This document shows positions 34,362 through 44,130 of a stretch of 64,000 nt of DNA, in pieces. The DNA lies in IMG/VR virus record IMGVR_UViG_3300037313_000574, positions 8,291-72,290 of that record; one strand, written 5' to 3'. Below the pieces are notes generated by a model that was given only the letters and a program-made list of their open reading frames with translations, was not told the origin of the DNA and searched no databases. Origin of the DNA: a virus. Its lineage: Duplodnaviria > Caudoviricetes. A program made the position numbers and the translations under genes. How positions within the stretch are numbered: position 1 is the stretch's first letter; each line of letters opens with the position of its first letter.

Positions 34362-35960
34362 ATGATCTCCATTACCAACTTCGCCGGCATGATGCCGCGG
34401 CGGAATGCTGCGCTGCTGCCGGATAACGCTGCGCAGAACGCACAGAACTGCACGCTTTGGCATGGCGACTTGCGCCCGCTGAAAAGCCCGCTGACGGTCA
34501 TCACACCAACCGCGCTGGGCGGGGCGATCCGGAGCATTTACCGCATCGGCATGTCGCTGCCGGAGACGCAATTCTGGATGGCCTGGACCGCCGATGTCGA
34601 TGTCGTGCGCGGCATGATCGCCAATGACACCTCCGAGCGCACCTACTTTACCGGCGACGGCGTGCCGAAGGTCACGAACCTGCAGATGGCGACGCAGGGC
34701 GGCACCAGCTACCCGGTCAATGCCTATGCGCTGGGCGTGCCGGCGCCGACCGTTGCACCGACCTGCTTGGCCAGCGACACCACCGCGCCGAATGAAACGC
34801 GCGCCTACATTTATACCTACGTCACCGCCTGGGGCGAGGAAGGCATGCCCTCCCCTCCAACGCGCGTCGTCGTCAGCAGCACCGCCGCCGTGGCGCTTTC
34901 CGGCATGGCCACCGCGCCGACTGGCAATTACAACATCACATCCAAGCGGATTTACCGCAGCCAGCAAACAGCAGGCGGCACGGCGATTTATGAATTTGTC
35001 GCCGAGATTGCCGACGCCGGCATAACCTTCAATGACACGCTGACCGGCACCCAGCTGGGCGAAGAACTCACGACGCTCACCTATGCGATGCCGCCGGCCG
35101 ATCTGGCGGGCCTGGTCGCGCTGCCGAACGGGATCATGGCCGGGTTTTCCGGGTATGACCTGTATTTTTGCGAGCCGTTCTTGCCTTACGCCTGGCCGGA
35201 GGCATACCGGCTTACCGCCGACTACCCGATTGTCGGCCTGGGCGTGTTCGGCTCAAGCCTGCTGGTCTGCACCAAAGGATCGCCCTATCTGGTCAGCGGC
35301 GTGCATCCGGACAGCATGAGCATGGAGCGCATCGAACTGGATCAGGCATGCGTGGCCAAGCGATCAATCATTTCCATTGGCGGCGGCGTGATGTATGCGT
35401 CACCGGATGGCCTGGTGTATGTCGGCGCCGGCGGCTCCCGCGTCGTCACCCAGGAACTCTACACCCGCGAAGAATGGCAGGCACTGAACCCGGCCACGAT
35501 CGAGGCGTATTTCCATGACGGGAAATACATCGGCATGTTTTCCAGTGGTGGCGGTTTCATCCTGAATTCACTAGAGGATGCCAGTCTGACCTTCTTTGAC
35601 GAGGCGGTGACGGCCGGCTATGCCGACAAGATCAATGATGCGCTGTACCTCTGTATCGGAGGCGTGATCAAGAAGTTCAATGCGGGCACGGACAAATCCT
35701 ATACCTGGCGCTCGAAGAAGTTCCAGGTGGCGCAAAGCCCGGCACCAGCCTGCGTGCGCGTGGATGCCGACACCTACCCGGTGACTCTCAAGCTGTATGC
35801 CGATGGCGTCCTGAAACACACGGAAACCGTCGCCAATGAGCGTGTTTTCCGTCTCCCCAAGGGCTACCGACCGCGCGAGATCGAGATGGAACTGAGCGGC
35901 ACGGCGCGCGTGCGCCTGCTGGCGGTCGCCAACAAACCGATGGAGCTGAAAATTGGCTAA
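34362..35960 (+). CDS. Tail nozzle / tail tubular protein B-like (beta-propeller)
   Basis: ITNFAGMMPR N-terminus; beta-rich repeats, YTYVTAWGEEG, YTWRSKKF; typical position in podoviral tail modules. Confidence 0.75.
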   Translation: MISITNFAGMMPRRNAALLPDNAAQNAQNCTLWHGDLRPLKSPLTVITPTALGGAIRSIYRIGMSLPETQFWMAWTADVDVVRGMIANDTSERTYFTGDGVPKVTNLQMATQGGTSYPVNAYALGVPAPTVAPTCLASDTTAPNETRAYIYTYVTAWGEEGMPSPPTRVVVSSTAAVALSGMATAPTGNYNITSKRIYRSQQTAGGTAIYEFVAEIADAGITFNDTLTGTQLGEELTTLTYAMPPADLAGLVALPNGIMAGFSGYDLYFCEPFLPYAWPEAYRLTADYPIVGLGVFGSSLLVCTKGSPYLVSGVHPDSMSMERIELDQACVAKRSIISIGGGVMYASPDGLVYVGAGGSRVVTQELYTREEWQALNPATIEAYFHDGKYIGMFSSGGGFILNSLEDASLTFFDEAVTAGYADKINDALYLCIGGVIKKFNAGTDKSYTWRSKKFQVAQSPAPACVRVDADTYPVTLKLYADGVLKHTETVANERVFRLPKGYRPREIEMELSGTARVRLLAVANKPMELKIG

Positions 35961-38900
35961 GTTACCCGCCATCCCCTCGGTATCGTCGCGCGTACCGACT
36001 GAAATCAGCGCCTTGCTGCGCCCGATGCGCGAGATTTTGACGGCCTTCACCACGGGCGACAGCCAAGTAGTCAGCATTGGCAGCCTGCGTCGTGCCGGCA
36101 TTATCGGCGGCACCGATGGCGATGGCGTTCTGATCCCGCCAGGCGGATTTGATATTCCGCCCGCGCCTACTGGATTGGCCGCTGGCGGCGCCCTGGCAAG
36201 CATCATTCTGACCTGGGATAGCATCGGCTATGGCCGGGTATCCCATACGGAAATCTGGCGCGCGCAAACGGATGACTTTAGCCTTGCGCAGTTGGTCGGG
36301 CGCAGCGATGGCTTTATCTATGTCGATCCAGTGGGCGGCGCGGCCGTCCGGTATTACTGGATTCGCTACGTTTCCTACTCCAATAATCCGGGTCCATTCA
36401 ATGCCCAATCCGGGACGATGGGCGAAACCGGGCAAGATCCTGCCTACCTGCTCGACCTGCTGACTGGTCAAATCACGGAAACCCAGTTGTATGCTGACTT
36501 GGGCGCGCGCATCAACTTGATCGATGCCGAGGGGACCGGGCTGGTGGACCGAGTAGATGCCTTGGTTGCCACGTATGGCGATACGGCCAGCGCTGCGGAA
36601 TCCGCTGCCGAGGCGGCGCAATCCGCGGCGGATGCCGTTGCCGCTGAAGCGGCGGCATTAGGCGCAAGCACGGATGCGATTGCAGCGAAGGCTGCGGCAT
36701 TGCTTGCACAGGGATCAGCCGAAAGTGCGGCATTGGCGTCGGAATCTTCCAGGATTTCCGCCGAGTCGGCCAAGGCTGGCGCCGATACATCAGCCGCAGC
36801 GGCAGCCACGTCAGAAACCAATGCCGCCAGCTATGCGACTAGCGCCGAGGCGGCGTCGACGGCGGCAAACAATTCCAAGTTGGCAGCCGAAGCGGCCAAG
36901 ACTGATTCGGCAACCAGTGCAACAGCGGCAGCAACGTCAGCCACGAGCGCCGCAACTTCGGCAACGAACGCAGCCGCATCAGCAACTGCGTCCGATAGTG
37001 CCAAGCTGTCAGCCGAGGCCGCAAAAGCAGATGCCGCCACCAGTGCCAGCGCCTCCGCCACTTCGGCCACCAACGCATCCAGCTACGCAACTGCCGCCGA
37101 GTCGGCAGCATCGGCGGCGAACACGTACAAACTGGCAGCAGAATCGGCAAAGGGATCGGCTGAATCTGCTGCCACGGCGGCGGTGACGGCGAAAGATACT
37201 GCCGTCACTAAAGCATCGGAAGCCAGCACTTCCGCCGCTGCTGCATCGACCAGTGCCACCACCGCCGCAACCAAAGCGGGCGAAGCGTCGACCTCAGCCA
37301 CAAATGCGGCCACATCGGAAACGAATGCAGCCGGCAGCGCATCGAGCGCGTCGACCAGCGCCAGCAACGCGGCCGGGTCCGCCACGGCGGCGGGCGGCAG
37401 TGCCACGGCTGCTGCAGGATCGGCATCAACCGCCGCTACCCATGCGACCAATGCCGGCAATTCAGCGTCCGCCGCGTCCGCCGCGCAAGTCGCGGCCGAG
37501 AGCGCACGCGACACCGCCGCAGGCCACGCTAGCGCCGCCAGCACCAGCGCCAGCACCGCCAACACGCGCGCCAACGATGCGCAGTCTTATGCCAATGCCG
37601 CCAGCAGCAGCGCCAATACTGCCAGCACGGCAGCCAGCAATGCCCTGACGTACAGAGACAGCGCGGCCAGCAGCGCCACCACGGCAGAGGGTTACGCCAC
37701 GGCGGCGGCGACGGATTACACGGCCGTCAATGCCCGGCTCGACAATGCCGGCGGCACCGGCGTCACGGTTGAGCAGAAACTGACGGCGAATGCCGATTCC
37801 ATTACCGGGCTGAATGCGCAATACACCGTCAAGATCAGCACGGACAACGTGTCCGGCGGCTTTGGGCTGGCCACTACCGGGCCGACCGACGCGCCGACCC
37901 TGGATTTCGGCGTGCGCTCCAACAGGTTCTACGTCGCCCCGCCAAGCAACTTCATCCAGGAATCGACGCCATCCGCCACCGCAGTCGGGCAAGTCTGGTA
38001 CAAGCCATCGACCAAGGAAACCTTCTATTCCACGGCGACGGGCACGGCTGGATGGTCATTGGTCAACCCAACCATCCCGTTTGTGGTGCAGACCACGGAT
38101 CAGGTCGTTAACGGCGTGACGATCCCCAAGGGCGTCTACATGGATGCCGCGTACATCAAGAACTTAACGGCTTTGGTTGCACGACTTGGCAATGCCTGGA
38201 TTGACAATGCCATGATCGCCGATCTTTCGGCGGAAAAGATCAATGCCGGCGACATTGCCGCCACCCGAATGAGCGCCAATATCGTCACGGCATTGAGCGG
38301 CAAGTTTTCTTCCCTGTCGGCGATTACCGCGAATCTTGGCACCGCGACGATCAGCAGCACGGGATTCCTGAATACCACCGATGCCGTCGCTTATGGCACC
38401 GGCGTCGGTATCTGGATGGGCTATTCAGGTGGTGCGTATAAATTCCGCGTGGGTGATCCGAACGGCCAATACATCAAGTGGGATGGAGCCATCCTGAAAA
38501 TGTCCGGCTCCCTGATGTCCGGCGCATACACCAGTTACGCATGGCCGTCTGCCGGGCAGACAGGCTACTACCTTGGCGCTGAAGGTCTGCTGATTGGCAA
38601 CTATAACAACGGCAAATACGTCCAGATCGACATCGATGGCAATCTGTACATGCCGCAATTCAGTGTAGTGAATGGTAACGCAACATTTAGTGGCGCCCTG
38701 AGCGCGGCAACGGGTACGTTTTCCGGATCGCTTTCTGCTGCCACAGGGACGTTTTCTGGAACGCTTACGGCAAGTGCGATCAACGCCATTAATACCATCA
38801 ACCTAGCAGGCAATGCCGTTACGCAGATGATTGCGGGGAGTGGGACAAGCAGCATTAGTTTCCCAACGATGACTACTTATGGCGGGTCAGTACAGATTTT

Positions 38901-39144
38901 AGTGCAATCCTTTTTCACAGTTGGTGCGGGTAGCTCCGGAGGCATCGTCGTGAAACGGGATGGCGTAACCATCACAGGCAATACAAGAACCAATGCCAGC
39001 GAAAGTTCTATGGAGTTCGACCTCTCTGTACTGTACGTGGACACGCCCAGCGGGTCGCTTGCAAGCCCTGGTTCGCACACGTACACCGTTACGGTAGTGG
39101 GAGGGGTTAGCGTGTATGCCACATTATTTGAGGCGAAACGATGA
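35953..39144 (+). CDS. Tail fibre / receptor-binding protein
   Basis: TTG start; long Ala/Ser/Thr coiled coil (aa ~210-590); DUF1983-like GFGL...DFGVRSNRFYV...PFVVQT...GVYMDAAYI; FSGxLSAATGT repeats. Confidence 0.85.
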   Translation: MAKLPAIPSVSSRVPTEISALLRPMREILTAFTTGDSQVVSIGSLRRAGIIGGTDGDGVLIPPGGFDIPPAPTGLAAGGALASIILTWDSIGYGRVSHTEIWRAQTDDFSLAQLVGRSDGFIYVDPVGGAAVRYYWIRYVSYSNNPGPFNAQSGTMGETGQDPAYLLDLLTGQITETQLYADLGARINLIDAEGTGLVDRVDALVATYGDTASAAESAAEAAQSAADAVAAEAAALGASTDAIAAKAAALLAQGSAESAALASESSRISAESAKAGADTSAAAAATSETNAASYATSAEAASTAANNSKLAAEAAKTDSATSATAAATSATSAATSATNAAASATASDSAKLSAEAAKADAATSASASATSATNASSYATAAESAASAANTYKLAAESAKGSAESAATAAVTAKDTAVTKASEASTSAAAASTSATTAATKAGEASTSATNAATSETNAAGSASSASTSASNAAGSATAAGGSATAAAGSASTAATHATNAGNSASAASAAQVAAESARDTAAGHASAASTSASTANTRANDAQSYANAASSSANTASTAASNALTYRDSAASSATTAEGYATAAATDYTAVNARLDNAGGTGVTVEQKLTANADSITGLNAQYTVKISTDNVSGGFGLATTGPTDAPTLDFGVRSNRFYVAPPSNFIQESTPSATAVGQVWYKPSTKETFYSTATGTAGWSLVNPTIPFVVQTTDQVVNGVTIPKGVYMDAAYIKNLTALVARLGNAWIDNAMIADLSAEKINAGDIAATRMSANIVTALSGKFSSLSAITANLGTATISSTGFLNTTDAVAYGTGVGIWMGYSGGAYKFRVGDPNGQYIKWDGAILKMSGSLMSGAYTSYAWPSAGQTGYYLGAEGLLIGNYNNGKYVQIDIDGNLYMPQFSVVNGNATFSGALSAATGTFSGSLSAATGTFSGTLTASAINAINTINLAGNAVTQMIAGSGTSSISFPTMTTYGGSVQILVQSFFTVGAGSSGGIVVKRDGVTITGNTRTNASESSMEFDLSVLYVDTPSGSLASPGSHTYTVTVVGGVSVYATLFEAKR

Positions 39145-39737
39145 AAAATTACGTGCTTTATAACGCCGATGGGGTGATTGTCCAGCATGGCACCTGCCCT
39201 GACGAGATGATCTTATCTAATTGGGGGGATGGTTTGTATGTCATGGAGGGTTCGGCAAACCACGAGCAGCATTACATCTCGAATGGCGAAATCTGCGCCT
39301 ATACCGAATCGGAGCTGCTGGCAAAAAATAACCTGCCGCAAGGATGGGCGTGGCAAATGCCGGAGCGGATCGCCGTCGATCTGCGTGCGCTCGACGATGC
39401 CAAGGTGCAGGCGTGGCAGCGCATCAAGAAAGCCCGCCTGGCTGCCGAGGCGGCCAATTTTGCCTGTGACGGCGCCTTGTACCAGCCGGACAAGGAACGT
39501 ATCGGCGGCGCGGTGCAGATGGCCTTGATGGCGCAACTGGCAGGCCAGCCGTTCAGCATCGACTGGACGCTGGCCGACAATTCCGTCAAGACCCTTGATG
39601 CGGCTGGCATGATCGCCGTGGGCACAGCCTTGGGCATGAAAGTAAGCGCCGCATTTGACACTGCGCGCGCCCTGCGTGACCAGATTGCCAATGCCGCAAC
39701 CATTGCCGAAGTCGACGCAATCGGGTGGCCAGCATGA
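39141..39737 (+). CDS. Tail fibre assembly/chaperone protein (DUF4376-like C-terminus)
   Basis: AWQRIKKARLAAE...WTLADNS..TLDAAGMIAVG...ARALRDQI. Confidence 0.75.
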   Translation: MKNYVLYNADGVIVQHGTCPDEMILSNWGDGLYVMEGSANHEQHYISNGEICAYTESELLAKNNLPQGWAWQMPERIAVDLRALDDAKVQAWQRIKKARLAAEAANFACDGALYQPDKERIGGAVQMALMAQLAGQPFSIDWTLADNSVKTLDAAGMIAVGTALGMKVSAAFDTARALRDQIANAATIAEVDAIGWPA

Positions 39738-40012
39738 ACCGCCTGATTCTGCTGGCGTTCTGGCTCTTGTGTCAGTTCGCCCATCTGGTGGCGTCGGCAT
39801 GGATGCTGGCCGCCATCCTCGGCGGCAGCCGGCGCGCACTGGATATTGCCCTGGCCTATGACCGGGTTGCAAACGTGGCAACGGGCGGAAACGGGCTCGA
39901 AACCATCAGCCGGCGCGCTGCGCGCGGGGCCAGCGCGGGTGTGCGGAAGTGGTGTCTGCTGTGCCGGCTGCTGAACTTTCTCGATAAGGACCACTGCAAG
40001 TATTCACCCTGA
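39734..40012 (+). CDS. Small conserved protein commonly following tail fibre genes
   Basis: Hydrophobic N-terminus; D..ANV.TGG...ETISRRA...LCRLL..LDKDHC. Confidence 0.65.
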   Translation: MNRLILLAFWLLCQFAHLVASAWMLAAILGGSRRALDIALAYDRVANVATGGNGLETISRRAARGASAGVRKWCLLCRLLNFLDKDHCKYSP

Positions 40013-40030
40013 TTTACCTGGCACTTCCAT

Positions 40031-40053
40031 AACCGCCTGCGGGCGGTTTTTTT
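40031..40053 (+). terminator. Intrinsic terminator
   Basis: AACCGCC-tgc-GGGCGGTT + T-run. Confidence 0.65.
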
Positions 40054-40072
40054 ATGCCCAAACGCTAAAAAT

Positions 40073-40106
40073 ATTGCCGGGGTGATCGAGAAATTATGGC
40101 TAACAT
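40073..40106 (+). promoter_or_regulatory. Candidate activator-dependent promoter, copy 2
   Basis: ATTGCCGGGGTGAT, identical to 13302-13315; TAACAT lies 21 nt after TTGCCG. Confidence 0.4.
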
Positions 40107-40142
40107 TTTTACGCTCGCGCGCACGCACATGAGGATACCAAA

Positions 40143-40712
40143 TTGAAAAACTTCCAGCTTATCGCCCTGAACATGGACATTACTCCCCTCCTGCTGTCGG
40201 TCAAGCGCCGGCCGGATTTGTGGCGAGAAGACACCTACCTACGCGACTACCCGCAGGGACCGTTCGGCCAGGTAGAAACGATCATGCTGCGGTTCCCGGA
40301 GAAGCGCGTGTTCGAGTTGGAAGCTGACTTGGAACGCTACAAGGGCAGCGTGGAGCAGCATTTTTGCATCGATTATCCGGCATACAAGATTCTGACGGAT
40401 GCGCGCCCGCTGGTCATGTGGCTAGCTGCGCGCGTCGGTGCTGAACAAATCGGCCGATGCTTTATCAACAAGGTCGGGCCTGGCGGTCGTATCTTCCCGC
40501 ATATCGACACGCCGGCGCATACCGCCTTCTATTCGCGCTTCCATATCGTTCTCGAATCCAACGACGATGCACTGTTCCGCGCGGGCGATGAAATGATCAA
40601 CATGCGCGCCGGTGAAGTCTACTGGTTCGACAACAAGCAGGAGCACGAAGTCAACAACAATGGCACAACGGATCGCATCCACCTGGTCTGCGACATGCGG
40701 TGCGCCCAATGA
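40143..40712 (+). CDS. Aspartyl/asparaginyl beta-hydroxylase-like Fe(II)/2OG dioxygenase
   Basis: IFPHID (HxD), RFHIVL, GEVYWFDNKQEHEV (distal H), DRIHLVCD (2OG-binding R); TTG start, RBS GAGG. Confidence 0.85.
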   Translation: MKNFQLIALNMDITPLLLSVKRRPDLWREDTYLRDYPQGPFGQVETIMLRFPEKRVFELEADLERYKGSVEQHFCIDYPAYKILTDARPLVMWLAARVGAEQIGRCFINKVGPGGRIFPHIDTPAHTAFYSRFHIVLESNDDALFRAGDEMINMRAGEVYWFDNKQEHEVNNNGTTDRIHLVCDMRCAQ

Positions 40713-41164
40713 TCACCTTCCAGACAGAAAAATGGCGTGATGCGCTGCCGGAAATGGAGCCGATCCTGGTCAAGCACTGGCGCGAAATCGCCCTTGGCCA
40801 TGACAAGGTGCCGCTGGATATCGCCCGCGACAAGTATCAGGCGCTATGCGATGCCGGCGTGCTGCATATTGTCACGGCGCGTGATAACGGCGTGCTGGTC
40901 GGCTACCACGTCGCCATTGTTTCCGGCCACCTGCACTACCTGAGCACGCTTCACGCAATTACCGACGTGTATTTCATCTTGCCGGGCTATCGCCGCGGCT
41001 TTACCGGCATCCGCCTGTTCAAGCAGGTCGAGGTTTTCATGCGTGCGCTGGGCGTCAAGAAGTTGATCACCGCAACAAAACTACATCTGGATATGGGCAA
41101 GATCCTGATCCGCCTCGGCTACACCCCGACTGAAACGACTTACACAAAGTATATAGGTGCTTAA
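40709..41164 (+). CDS. GNAT-family acyltransferase
   Basis: VTARDNGVLVGY, DVYFILPGYRRGFTGIRL (motif A), LIRLGY; ATGA-coupled to the hydroxylase. Confidence 0.85.
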   Translation: MITFQTEKWRDALPEMEPILVKHWREIALGHDKVPLDIARDKYQALCDAGVLHIVTARDNGVLVGYHVAIVSGHLHYLSTLHAITDVYFILPGYRRGFTGIRLFKQVEVFMRALGVKKLITATKLHLDMGKILIRLGYTPTETTYTKYIGA

Positions 41165-42179
41165 CATGAAATTGCTTCGTGGTGAACGCAAACAGATTGC
41201 CGTCATGGACGGCGACATGCGCTATTGCGGCGTCGCCGCTGCCATGATTGGGGCGGCTGTTATCGGCGGCGTTGCGACATCCTCGGCAGCAGATAGCGCA
41301 GCAGACTCTGCATCCGCTTCAGCCGCGAATTCTACTAATGCGCAGGAGCGCATAGCGGCTCGCGAACTTGATTTCGCCAAGGAGCAAGATGCTGCGAACC
41401 GCATTCGATTCGCCAAAGCCGATGAGTTGACTGAAAAAGTCACGAATAAACAGCTTGCGTCCATGGATCAGAACATGGCGCTGGCGGCGGATTACGACAA
41501 TTACAACAAGACCACGTTCAGGCCGCTTGAACAAGGCATCATTGACGAGGCCAAGAAATACGATTCGCCGGCAGAGCAAGAGCGCGCTGCAAGCGAAGCC
41601 TCGGCATCTGTCAAACAAAACATTGCGCAGGCAACCGAGGCGAACAATCGCAATCTGGCGCGGATGGGTGTGAACCCGAGTTCTGGCCGCTCGCAGGTCA
41701 CGGCCAGCCAAACCGCCATCACCGGCGCGCTGGGCGAAGCCAGCGCCGAGAATACCGCGCGCCAGAACGTCAAGACCCTGGGCGCAGCCAAGCGCATGGA
41801 TGCGGCCAGCCTGGGCCGCAACCTGCCAAGCGCACAAGCGACCAGTGCCAGTGTTGGCATCAATGCAGGCAACGCTGCAATCAATGGGACTGCAACGACC
41901 AACAACAGCGTCACCAACGGTAATAACTCGGTAGGCGGCCTATACGGAGCAGCCGGAAATCAGTTTAGCAGTGCAGCATCAAACTATTCCAACATTGCTG
42001 GCGCGGCTAATGCTGCAGCAGCAAGGAGTGGAGCTGCATGGGGACAGATTGGCGGGATGGCGATGAATTACGCGATGAATAGGCCGCCCGCATCCTTTAC
42101 GCCGAATTCGGGCGGGGTCGGTGCTGATCCCTATGCTGGCTTTGACGCCGCATCGGCTGGCGGATGGGGAATTGAATAA
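41157..42179 (+). CDS. DNA ejection / pilot protein (P22 gp7-like role)
   Basis: Basic leader, then GVAAAMIGAAVIGG; Ala/Gly/Ser/Asn-rich helical body. Confidence 0.7.
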   Translation: MLNMKLLRGERKQIAVMDGDMRYCGVAAAMIGAAVIGGVATSSAADSAADSASASAANSTNAQERIAARELDFAKEQDAANRIRFAKADELTEKVTNKQLASMDQNMALAADYDNYNKTTFRPLEQGIIDEAKKYDSPAEQERAASEASASVKQNIAQATEANNRNLARMGVNPSSGRSQVTASQTAITGALGEASAENTARQNVKTLGAAKRMDAASLGRNLPSAQATSASVGINAGNAAINGTATTNNSVTNGNNSVGGLYGAAGNQFSSAASNYSNIAGAANAAAARSGAAWGQIGGMAMNYAMNRPPASFTPNSGGVGADPYAGFDAASAGGWGIE

Positions 42180-42229
42180 TGATGACGCCCACGTTGGCGG
42201 CGCTTGCTGAATAATCAAAAAGGAAAATC

Positions 42230-44062
42230 ATGAACGGTTCCGCATTGTCTGGATTTGTCGGTGGTCTGCAGCAGGGCTACGATTGGGTGCGAGATCAAAA
42301 ACGTAAGGGCGAAGATGATGACTTCGCAAAAAAAGAGCGTGGTCGCGTCGAGAAAAAATGGGACCGCGAGGATGCCCACCAGGCTGAGATTGATGAGCTG
42401 AACAAAACTTTTTTCCCCAGTGAAGCGAAGACGGCGCCGGCACCGGCGATCGGCGTGAAGCCGCCGGACGCAGGGGGCGCTGCCATGACCGAGCTCGTAC
42501 CGGAGCAAGCAGCGCCGGAAGTCAGATCGCTGAATGCGCCGCCGCAGGCGAAGGCGACACAGGCAAGCGCGACAGTGGCGGGCCCGCAATCTCCGGCACC
42601 TGCCATACCCGCGCAAGGTCAAGCCGTTGCGGTGCCGGTTGTTGCCACCCAGGAAAGCCGCCCTGTTGCCCTGACTGGCGGCATGCGCCCGCCAGCAGCG
42701 CAGGATCAACCCGGCCAGGCCCAGCCGCAAGGCATGCCGATCCAGCCGAACCAGATGACCAGCATGAATAATTCGCTGGAATACATGATCCAGCGCGCGG
42801 CGATCAATCTCAAACATGGTGTCGATGACGGCAAGACGCTGATGTCGCTGTACAAATTCCGGGATACGAGCCAAAAGGAAGGACTGGACGACGCAATCCG
42901 CCTGTTGAACATGGGCGACAATGAAGGCGCCATGCGCAAGTACAACAGCACCGGACAGTCCACCGGCTGGACTGTGAAATCATCGGTCGACGGCGTATTC
43001 AAGTATGGTGGCGCCGACATTCCAACGAAGCTGGTCACGGTGCAGGATGCCAATGGCACGGTACGCACGATCAATACCGCGCAGGCGATGGTGCAGAATC
43101 AGACGATCGACAAGCTAATTACCCAGGCGCAGAAAGGCGTGGAGCAAGACGATAAGCGCGCCGACAATGAAGCCAATCGCCGCATCCAGCAGCAGAATGC
43201 CGATACGCAGGAGAACTATCGGCGTGACGTGGCTGCGGCCAAGACTGCCGCAAGCCAGCCGCAAGCCGCCCCAGTATGGGATGACAAGGCCGACACCTTC
43301 CTCAAGCAACGCTATACCGTCACCGATCCCGTATCGGGCGCCGTGACGGTGGATGGCGATGGCCTGCAGTTCGGCAAGGCCGTTGCCTTGTCGCGCGCCC
43401 GCACCAATGGCGGCGATGCCACCAGCGGATTGGGCTATGCCTTCGACGTTGATAACCGATTGAAGCAGAGCGCCGGCGACGACCCGGCTAAATTGCGCCA
43501 ACTGCGCAATGACTATCTGCGCAGCATTGCGCCACCACGCACGGCACCAGCCGCAGCGGCAAGTCAAAGCCCGGAATTTTCCAGGGTGCAGGCGGCGTAT
43601 GACGCTGGCCAAGCCGGCCGCAATGCAGACCAAAGAGCCATTCTTGAGCGGGAATTAGCTGCTGAAACGAATCCAGATAACCGGGCCGCGCTTGAGCGTG
43701 AGATTGCCAGGCTCCCGGCAGCAGCGCCCGTCACGGCACGGGAAAAACTTGCGCCGGCAGGCGGCATACCAAAATCGCCCGCCGCACCCGCCGCAACAAA
43801 TGGCCGATCAACAGCCGAACGCGATCAGCGCATCGCTGAAATGAACAGGTTGAGCGGGAATTCCATGGAGGCGCGCAGGAGCGCCATCGCGATGCGTGAA
43901 ACCGACGCCAAAGAGAACTTTGACAGCCAATTGGCCCAACTCAGGCCCAACATGCCGCGCGCCGAAAAATTCAAACTCATGGAGTGGTTCGATGCCCATG
44001 AGGATTCATTGAGCAACGAGCAGCGCAAGAGATTGCGCGAAGCCAAGGCAAAAGTCGGCTAA
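42230..44062 (+). CDS. Internal virion (ejection) protein
   Basis: GFVGGLQQGY N-terminus; Q/A/P-rich; between pilot and giant protein. Confidence 0.65.
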   Translation: MNGSALSGFVGGLQQGYDWVRDQKRKGEDDDFAKKERGRVEKKWDREDAHQAEIDELNKTFFPSEAKTAPAPAIGVKPPDAGGAAMTELVPEQAAPEVRSLNAPPQAKATQASATVAGPQSPAPAIPAQGQAVAVPVVATQESRPVALTGGMRPPAAQDQPGQAQPQGMPIQPNQMTSMNNSLEYMIQRAAINLKHGVDDGKTLMSLYKFRDTSQKEGLDDAIRLLNMGDNEGAMRKYNSTGQSTGWTVKSSVDGVFKYGGADIPTKLVTVQDANGTVRTINTAQAMVQNQTIDKLITQAQKGVEQDDKRADNEANRRIQQQNADTQENYRRDVAAAKTAASQPQAAPVWDDKADTFLKQRYTVTDPVSGAVTVDGDGLQFGKAVALSRARTNGGDATSGLGYAFDVDNRLKQSAGDDPAKLRQLRNDYLRSIAPPRTAPAAAASQSPEFSRVQAAYDAGQAGRNADQRAILERELAAETNPDNRAALEREIARLPAAAPVTAREKLAPAGGIPKSPAAPAATNGRSTAERDQRIAEMNRLSGNSMEARRSAIAMRETDAKENFDSQLAQLRPNMPRAEKFKLMEWFDAHEDSLSNEQRKRLREAKAKVG

Positions 44063-44130
44063 TCACCCTGCCAGACCATTGCTGCGCCAAGACTGAACGC
44101 CACCATCAAAACACCAAGGATTCCACCGCC

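Noticed and set aside
36580-37700. CRISPR-like or tandem DNA array
   Set aside because: Repeats are degenerate codons of an Ala/Ser/Thr coiled coil in the tail fibre; no constant repeat with unique spacers and no cas genes
35953-40012. BPP-1-type diversity-generating retroelement or invertible tail-fibre cassette
   Set aside because: No reverse transcriptase, no second copy of the fibre 3' end differing at adenines, no serine invertase or inverted crossover sites seen
40143-40712. LpxO lipid A hydroxylase (lysogenic conversion)
   Set aside because: No N- or C-terminal membrane anchors, and it is coupled to virion ejection genes, not in a lysogen-expressed moron
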